Assembly: GCA_044227445.1 (NCBI GenBank) | Contig: JBGAWT010000003.1 | Location: forward strand, 1-38,272 | Length of the DNA stretch: 38,272 nt | Source of the DNA: Bdellovibrionia bacterium | GTDB taxonomy: Bacteria; Bdellovibrionota; UBA1018 | Direction of reading: 5' to 3' | Shown: piece by piece, positions 32,466 through 38,272 of the stretch | How positions within the stretch are numbered: position 1 is the first letter of the stretch | Layout of the letters: each line of letters begins with the position of its first letter | Notes under the pieces: model-generated | What the model was told of the DNA's origin: nothing | Seen by the model: only the letters and a program-made list of their open reading frames with translations | The model's database searches: none | Program-made: the position numbers and the translations under genes

Positions 32466-33039
32466 AACGTTAGAAAAAATCTCAGCTGATTTGCTGGCAG
32501 GCCCTAACGGCTGCGTGCGCTGCAAGCTTTGCAGCGGGCGCACCAAGATCGTCGTAGGCGAAGGCAATCCACGCGCCAAGCTCGTGTTCGTAGGCGAGGC
32601 TCCCGGCGAGCAAGAAGACCTTCAGGGCAAACCCTTTATTGGCCGCGCAGGCCAGCTCCTCGAGAAGATGATCGAGGCGATGGGCCTTTCGCGCGCCGAT
32701 GTCTTTATCTGCAACGTCGTCAAATGCCGCCCTCCGGGCAATCGCAACCCCGAGCCAGACGAAATCGCAGCCTGCGAACCGTTCTTGTTCCGCCAGCTCG
32801 ACGTTTTGCAACCTCAGGTCGTCGTGGCGCTGGGCAAGTTCGCGGCTCAGACTCTGCTTCGTACCGAAGTACGCATCTCGGACCTGCGAGGCCGCTTCCA
32901 CCCCTATCGTGGCGGAGCCAAGCTCATGCCGACGTTTCACCCAGCTTATTTATTGCGCAACCCGCCATCTAAGAAAGAAGCCTGGGACGACCTGAAGCAG
33001 GTCATGAAGGAATTAGGGCTCCCCGCTCCAGCGCGTTAA
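32413..33039 (+). CDS. Family-4 (Fe-S) uracil-DNA glycosylase, start uncertain
   Basis: CVRCKLC, FVGEAPG, PFIGRAG, NVVKCRPP and TFHPAYLLRNP motifs. Homology begins at about 32467 (TLEKI). Confidence 0.93.
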   Translation: MCRSAQILRRFQRVNDVITLEKISADLLAGPNGCVRCKLCSGRTKIVVGEGNPRAKLVFVGEAPGEQEDLQGKPFIGRAGQLLEKMIEAMGLSRADVFICNVVKCRPPGNRNPEPDEIAACEPFLFRQLDVLQPQVVVALGKFAAQTLLRTEVRISDLRGRFHPYRGGAKLMPTFHPAYLLRNPPSKKEAWDDLKQVMKELGLPAPAR

Positions 33040-33063
33040 TAAATCGTTTTCGGGTTCCGATAC
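33037..33063 (+). promoter_or_regulatory. Possible sigma28 (FliA)-like promoter
   Basis: TAAT-N15-TCCGATAC compared with the consensus TAAA-N15-GCCGATAA, just upstream of GTG 33071. Confidence 0.35.
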
Positions 33064-33070
33064 GAAGGAC

Positions 33071-34123
33071 GTGAAGCTGTGTGCTTGCGCCCTTACTCTC
33101 ATCTTGACGCTCTTAGTCGCAGCACCCGCACGCGCCCAGCAGACTCCGGGCACTGCGCGACTCTTGCGCGCAATCGGCGAAGTGAGCCGTATTCCGGCCG
33201 AAGAGCTTTGCCTTACCCCTCAAGACGACATGTCTCGCGCAGTGGATGAGGAGCTCCATCTCGTCAAAGGCACCATTCCGGATATTTATCCTCCCAAACC
33301 CGTGGACTTCGACAAACTCGACGTCAAGATGCGCAAGCTTCAGCAAAAAATCCTGCAAGGCAAGATCACCGAGCCGGAATGCGTTCGCGCCATTCTCAAT
33401 GAATCTGCCAAAGCCTCACCCTGGGCCGGATTTGACCCTCAGGAGCGCTACGACCTCTTTCGAGAGTCAATGATCTCCGCGCGCGAAAAATCCAACGAGT
33501 ACTTCCCTCCTGACAACGTGCTCACCTGCTTGGCGTATAAAGAGTCCAGCTTCGAGCCCGCTGCGATCACGGCCGAAGGATGCATTCCTAAATGCCATCC
33601 CGAAAAAGACAAGGACTGCACGGTACCTTTCCCACCGCTCACCGCGCGGGGAATGATGCAGCAGACCCGGTCAACCACCGAGGAGCTTCTGCGGTTGCGC
33701 AAGATCGGAAACCAGGAGCTGCCTGAGGAGTTTCGCACCAAAACAGCGGATGAGATCCAAGACATGCTCGGCAATAACCCCGATCTCCAGATCGCGCTGT
33801 CGATCTTCACGCTCAAGTCCAAGCGCATGGTCTGCAATGCAGGTCGCGAGACGGGCCTTGAGACTCCCGAAGAGCTGGAAGAAAACAAAAAGAAGAATAA
33901 GAAGAAAAAGAAAAAACTCACCGCACACGCTGAAGTCGAATGCACGTTGCGCCTTTACTATGGCAACCCTTCGGCGGAGGCGAACAAGGAATACGCGAAA
34001 ACCACTATGGACTGCGCGCGTTGCCTGGATAAAGTGGACGCTGGCGCCAAGTGGCCGCCCGTGCCTGAATGCTTGATACTGACCCACCCCAAGAAAGCGA
34101 AAGAGAAGGTGGCCGAAAAATGA
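33071..34123 (+). CDS. Secreted SLT-like lytic transglycosylase / lysozyme-fold protein
   Basis: Signal ending ARA-Q; motifs YKESSFEP, ARGMMQ and LRLYYG; multiple Cys; poly-Lys insert. Confidence 0.7.
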   Translation: MKLCACALTLILTLLVAAPARAQQTPGTARLLRAIGEVSRIPAEELCLTPQDDMSRAVDEELHLVKGTIPDIYPPKPVDFDKLDVKMRKLQQKILQGKITEPECVRAILNESAKASPWAGFDPQERYDLFRESMISAREKSNEYFPPDNVLTCLAYKESSFEPAAITAEGCIPKCHPEKDKDCTVPFPPLTARGMMQQTRSTTEELLRLRKIGNQELPEEFRTKTADEIQDMLGNNPDLQIALSIFTLKSKRMVCNAGRETGLETPEELEENKKKNKKKKKKLTAHAEVECTLRLYYGNPSAEANKEYAKTTMDCARCLDKVDAGAKWPPVPECLILTHPKKAKEKVAEK

Positions 34124-34467
34124 AAACTCTCTTAGTTGCCTTGATTCTTTTTGGCGCGCCGGTCGTGTTGGCGACCACGCCCGAGGAGACCGATGACTAC
34201 AGCGACGTGAAGGACACGGGAACGCTACTCAAGCGCGAAGTGCGTCGCATCGGCGGCACGACGTACACCCTTTCGTTCCTGAGGTTTGGAGCTCACGTCG
34301 AGGTTCTGGAAATTTCGACCGTTAAGAATGCGGACAAGATCCTGGAGCGCGTGACCTCGGACGGACCGATCTCGCTGGCTGCGATATCAGGCGGATTGAA
34401 GATCTCTTATTTCGAAGGCGACGCGACGGACCGCCCGACGCGAAAGACCAAGGAGTGGAAGCCGTAG
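34120..34467 (+). CDS. Small secreted hypothetical protein
   Basis: ATGA overlap with the upstream stop; signal MKTLLVALILFGAPVVLA. Confidence 0.7.
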   Translation: MKTLLVALILFGAPVVLATTPEETDDYSDVKDTGTLLKREVRRIGGTTYTLSFLRFGAHVEVLEISTVKNADKILERVTSDGPISLAAISGGLKISYFEGDATDRPTRKTKEWKP

Positions 34468-34469
34468 GC

Positions 34470-36198
34470 CTAATTTTCGGTCCCCAGGCTCCGCTTACTG
34501 CGCAGCAACCGGTGATACGTGATCGCAAATCGATGCGCCTCATCGCGAACGTGAACCAGAAGCTTGTACGTCGAAGTATGCGGCAATAGCGCCACGGGAT
34601 TCTTGCGACCCGGAATAAAGATGCGCTCAAACGAAGACTTCACTTCAGCGGCTTGAAAGTCCCGCTCCGTGCGCGCCTTAGCTAAGCCCACCACTTCAAC
34701 GCCTTGGACATTGAGCTCTTCCAAAATCGCCACGGCTTGCGCTAACTGCCCTTTGCCTCCATCGACCACGACGAGATCGGGCAATTCCTCTTCGACGTTG
34801 GCAAAACGCCGGCCCAACACTTCCTTCATCATCGCAAAATCGTTGGAGCCTTCGACCGTACGGATCTTGTAGCGGCGGTAGAGAGGTTCTTGTCCGAGCC
34901 CCATCGCGGAACACCACGCGCGAGGCCACCGCGTCTTGTCCCTGGATGTTGGAGATGTCGTAGCACTCGATGCGCTGCGGGAGTTTAGGGAGCTGCAGCT
35001 TCTCCTGAGTCTCTTCGAGCGCCTGGATTCCGTGACCTGCATCGCGCTTGCGGCCCTGCTCCAGAGCGTAAGTCGCGTTGGTGCGCGCGACATTCAAAAG
35101 CTGTTGATCGGCGGGCACCTTCGGATCGGCCTCAACGACCTGCACCGACAGGCGGGTCGCGAGCAACTCCATCAAACCTTGATCCGCGGTCTCCTCGCCC
35201 AGGGCTCGAGGGGCCACGGGCACCAAAACCTCATTAGGCCGATCGGCTTGCCCGTCGGGATCCGCGGCCAACGGAACGTAAAATTGCGAGAGGAACTCCT
35301 CGACTAACTCGGATTCGGACACCGACGGATCGACATTGTTCAAAACAAAATGTTGGACGCTGAGCAATCGCCCACCGCGAATGCGCAAGATCGTGGCGTG
35401 CGCATCCGTAGCCTCAGAAGCCAGGCCCAGCACATCGCGATCGCGCTGTGAGCCGGCCTCAACGACACCTTGGGTCTCAGTGACGATCTCTAAGTTGCGC
35501 AGCTGATCGCGCAGCTGGGCGGCATGCTCGAAGTCTTCTTTCTCAGCGGCCGCTTCCATCTGCTTGCGCAGATTCTTCATGAGCTTGTCGCCCTTGCCCT
35601 CGAGCACTCGGGTCACCTCACCCAACGATGCCCGGTAATCCTCCGCTGAGATTAGCCCCACGCAAGGAGCAGTGCAGCGCCCGATCTGATGCAGAATGCA
35701 GGGACGCGAGCGGTGCCTAAATGTGTTGTCCGAGCAATCGCGCAGCAAGAACGTCTCGTTCAAAAGCTGCAGCACCTGGCGCGCAGCCCAGGCCGAAGGA
35801 AAAGGCCCGAAGTACCGCGCGCCGTCCTTCAAGACGCGACGGGTCCATTCGAGGCGCGGAAACGAATCCGCCATCTGGATCTTGAGATACGGATACGCCT
35901 TGTCGTCCTTGAGCCTCACGTTGAAGTGCGGCTTGTACTTCTTAATCAGCGTGTGTTCGAGCAGCAGGGCTTCTGTTTCGGTCTCAGTCAAAATGACCTC
36001 GAACCGATCCACTCGGCTGACCATGAGCTCCACGCGCGGGATTTCGTGAACCGCGGACTGGAAGTAGCTGATCAAGCGATTGCGGAGGTTCTTGGCCTTG
36101 TCGACGTAGACCACGCCCCCCGCAGCGTCCTTCATGAGGTAGCAGCCCGGCGAATGGGTGGCTTCTTTGGCATTTGCGAGTAAATCACTTCGCGCCAT
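34470..36198 (-). CDS. uvrC: Excinuclease ABC subunit C, frameshifted near 34900
   Basis: PGCYLM..YVDKAKNL GIY-YIG domain, NVRLKDDKAYP, RIECYDISN, DLVVVDGGKGQ and RDEAHRFAITYHR. No C-terminal HhH domain. Confidence 0.95.
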
Positions 36199-36278
36199 CA
36201 CCCCCGAACCTACCGCTTGCGGCCAAGCCGATACAGGACTAAAATCAGGCCCAAGCAGTTAACCTAGGGAGAAGATTC

Positions 36279-36698
36279 ATGTCTCGCACCGCCGAAGAAG
36301 TTCTGGCTTATTGCACCAGCTGTAAAATGGACCTCAACCACGTCATCGTGGCGATGAAGGGCGATCGCATCGCCAAGGTCGAATGCCAAACGTGCAAGAA
36401 AGAGCATGCCTTCAAGCCACCTAAGGGTGTCACCGAGCCGGGCGCAGCAAAGCCCAAGCGCGGAAAGAAATCCGAAGCCAATAAATCCGCTCCGATCGAA
36501 GCCGAGTGGGAAAAACTCATGGCCACCCACAAGGACATTCCTTCCAAGAAGTACACGCCTAAGGGCCAGTTCATCTTGGGCGATAAGCTCTCGCACGAGA
36601 CTTTCGGTGACGGCATTGTGGGACGCATCATCTACCCCAATAAGATCGAGGTCATCTTCCGGAAGGATCTCAAGGTTTTGATCCATGCGGGCGTTTAA
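36279..36698 (+). CDS. Conserved hypothetical protein with a zinc ribbon and an SH3-like C-terminal domain
   Basis: CTSC..H..CQTC..H and GDKLSHETFGDGIV motifs; GGGAGA RBS. Confidence 0.8.
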   Translation: MSRTAEEVLAYCTSCKMDLNHVIVAMKGDRIAKVECQTCKKEHAFKPPKGVTEPGAAKPKRGKKSEANKSAPIEAEWEKLMATHKDIPSKKYTPKGQFILGDKLSHETFGDGIVGRIIYPNKIEVIFRKDLKVLIHAGV

Positions 36699-37308
36699 GG
36701 TCACTCTAGGCCTGCTCTCGGTTCTCACCCTCGCCTCGTGCGCGGGTGCTAAGAAAAAAACGCCCGAGCTCTCCCAGATGGAAGGCAAGAAGGTTGCCCT
36801 CGTTTCTGTTGAGGGCGAAGAGACCGCACGCAAGGTGATCGAAGTCGCGCTTGTTAACCAACTCGTTCAGCACGGCTCGTTTATCCTCGTCTCGAAGCAG
36901 GAAATCCAAAAAGCTAAAGACGCGCACGATTTCAAGCCCGGTGATTGGAAGGACCTGACCAAGCGAGTGGAGGCCGATTATGCCTTGAAGGCCAAGGTGC
37001 TGGCTTTTGACGCGGATATTCACGAGGGCCACGACAAGGCTGAGACCGAAGATTCGCAGCTTGAAGCCGAAACGGGCAATGGCAAGACCGAGCAAGTCTT
37101 TCGGGTCAAGGTGCTGGATGCCAAGGTGCGCGTGCAGCTCGATTTCATCCGAATCTTCGATGACGATGTTCGGAGCGGTGTGGCAGAAGCCACGGATTTC
37201 GTTCGGGCCGAAGCGAAGACCGAAGCCATTCACCTTCCACCTAAGCTGAGATTCCTAGAAGACCTTGCAAACAAGGCTTTTAAGGAATTTTTTGATCGTT
37301 ATAATTAA
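36685..37308 (+). CDS. Hypothetical lipoprotein (CsgG/LpoB-like alpha/beta fold)
   Basis: Lipobox LASC; patterns KKVALVSV, LVQHGSFILVSK and ADYAL. Confidence 0.7.
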   Translation: MRAFKVTLGLLSVLTLASCAGAKKKTPELSQMEGKKVALVSVEGEETARKVIEVALVNQLVQHGSFILVSKQEIQKAKDAHDFKPGDWKDLTKRVEADYALKAKVLAFDADIHEGHDKAETEDSQLEAETGNGKTEQVFRVKVLDAKVRVQLDFIRIFDDDVRSGVAEATDFVRAEAKTEAIHLPPKLRFLEDLANKAFKEFFDRYN

Positions 37309-37313
37309 TCTCA

Positions 37314-38272
37314 ATGCTTCTCGCTCAGGCTCTGCTGCAGAACCTTTCCAAGAATCAAACCAAGCCCGCTTGGCGCTGGCTCGGAAAAGAAACGCTCGTC
37401 AAAGACGTCCTGCAATCGATCTCCAGGCTGAGCTACCTCTACCAGCATGAGATCGGCTCTGAGCAGAGAGTCGCCTTTTTCGCGGGTAACTCTCCGGCCG
37501 TGATCACGACTTTCTTTGCGCTCACCAATATTAAGACGGTGGTGATTCCCGTCGATCCGAGCCTGCCCCCGGCAGACGCCGCCAAATGGATCAAAGACTC
37601 TAAAGCCACTCACCTGGCTATCACTTCGGATCTTCTGCAGCAGGCGCGCGACCTCGTGCAAAACGAGCGCCTCAATATTCCGATCATCGAAATCGAGAAA
37701 AAACGCGGCGGCGAGTACGACACTTCGTTCACTCCCCCGCCCGAGAATCCACCTAAAGAGACGGACGTCGTCTTGCTTCTTCGCACCGCCGGGACCTCCG
37801 GGAAGCCTAAGTTCGTAGCTTTCACGCACAAGCAGCTGCAAGCCGCAGCAACGGCCGTAAAGCCGCTCTATCGTTTCCTGCCCACGGACCGGGTGCTCAC
37901 GCAGATGCATTGGTCCCATCCGTTTTCATTCGTGCACGGCATGCTCATCCCGATGATGAATGGCGCCACGCTCGTGATCGATCACGGATTGCAGGCCCTG
38001 GAGTTCTTGGATTACATCGCCGAATCCCGCGTCACCCGGCTCGTCGGGACGCCTAAGTTTTTCTTAACGCTCTTAGACACCTGCCGAAACGAAAAGCGCC
38101 TCATGCCCGGCATGAAATCCGTGACCGTGGGATTGGGCCCGCTCGAGCCTCCGATCAAAAAGGCCTTCGATGTTCTCGGCATTAAGACGCTGCACGTTTA
38201 CGGCCAGACCGAAAACCTCTGGACCATCGCTATGGATGGGATGCCCGGCACGGATGATCCAAAGGACGAAAG
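37314..38272 (+). CDS. Class I adenylate-forming enzyme (acyl-CoA ligase-like), 3'-partial and absent from the ORF track
   Basis: ATG 37314 MLLAQALLQN...; VIPVDPSLP; P-loop RTAGTSGKPK; YGQTE. The frame runs off the window. Confidence 0.88.
   Translation, partial: MLLAQALLQNLSKNQTKPAWRWLGKETLVKDVLQSISRLSYLYQHEIGSEQRVAFFAGNSPAVITTFFALTNIKTVVIPVDPSLPPADAAKWIKDSKATHLAITSDLLQQARDLVQNERLNIPIIEIEKKRGGEYDTSFTPPPENPPKETDVVLLLRTAGTSGKPKFVAFTHKQLQAAATAVKPLYRFLPTDRVLTQMHWSHPFSFVHGMLIPMMNGATLVIDHGLQALEFLDYIAESRVTRLVGTPKFFLTLLDTCRNEKRLMPGMKSVTVGLGPLEPPIKKAFDVLGIKTLHVYGQTENLWTIAMDGMPGTDDPKDE

Noticed and set aside
32103-32490. Many 6-bp restriction-type palindromes suggesting a polylinker
   Set aside because: About eight in ~500 bp is the chance expectation, and they are not clustered.
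31998-32503. AGGCC at both sides as a target-site duplication
   Set aside because: The right copy lies inside recognisable UDG coding sequence, and a 5-mer match is expected by chance.

Overview
This 38.3-kb window is a gene-dense, roughly 57-60% GC chromosomal segment. It most likely comes from a Bdellovibrionota/Oligoflexia-type bacterium, inferred from a TIGR02147-like regulator and many signal-peptide orphan proteins. Housekeeping genes include rlmN, msrB/msrA, map, recJ-secF-secD-yajC-tgt, queA, a SpoIID/LytB protein, a family-4 UDG, uvrC and a partial acyl-CoA ligase. They are mixed with exported hydrolases: two SLT-like lytic transglycosylases, an M64 peptidase, a GH5 endoglycoceramidase and two proteins with caspase-fold-like His/Cys motifs. 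rlmN, recJ, yajC and uvrC contain clustered indels or a stop codon, most likely long-read assembly errors. The main unexplained feature is a ~470-bp, ~48% GC segment (about 31995-32465) between two divergent genes. It is dense in local hairpins and nested long-range helices, so it is a candidate large structured ncRNA or foreign insertion. No rRNA, tRNA, CRISPR array, integrase or transposase was recognised. All family assignments come from motif recognition by eye, not database searches.
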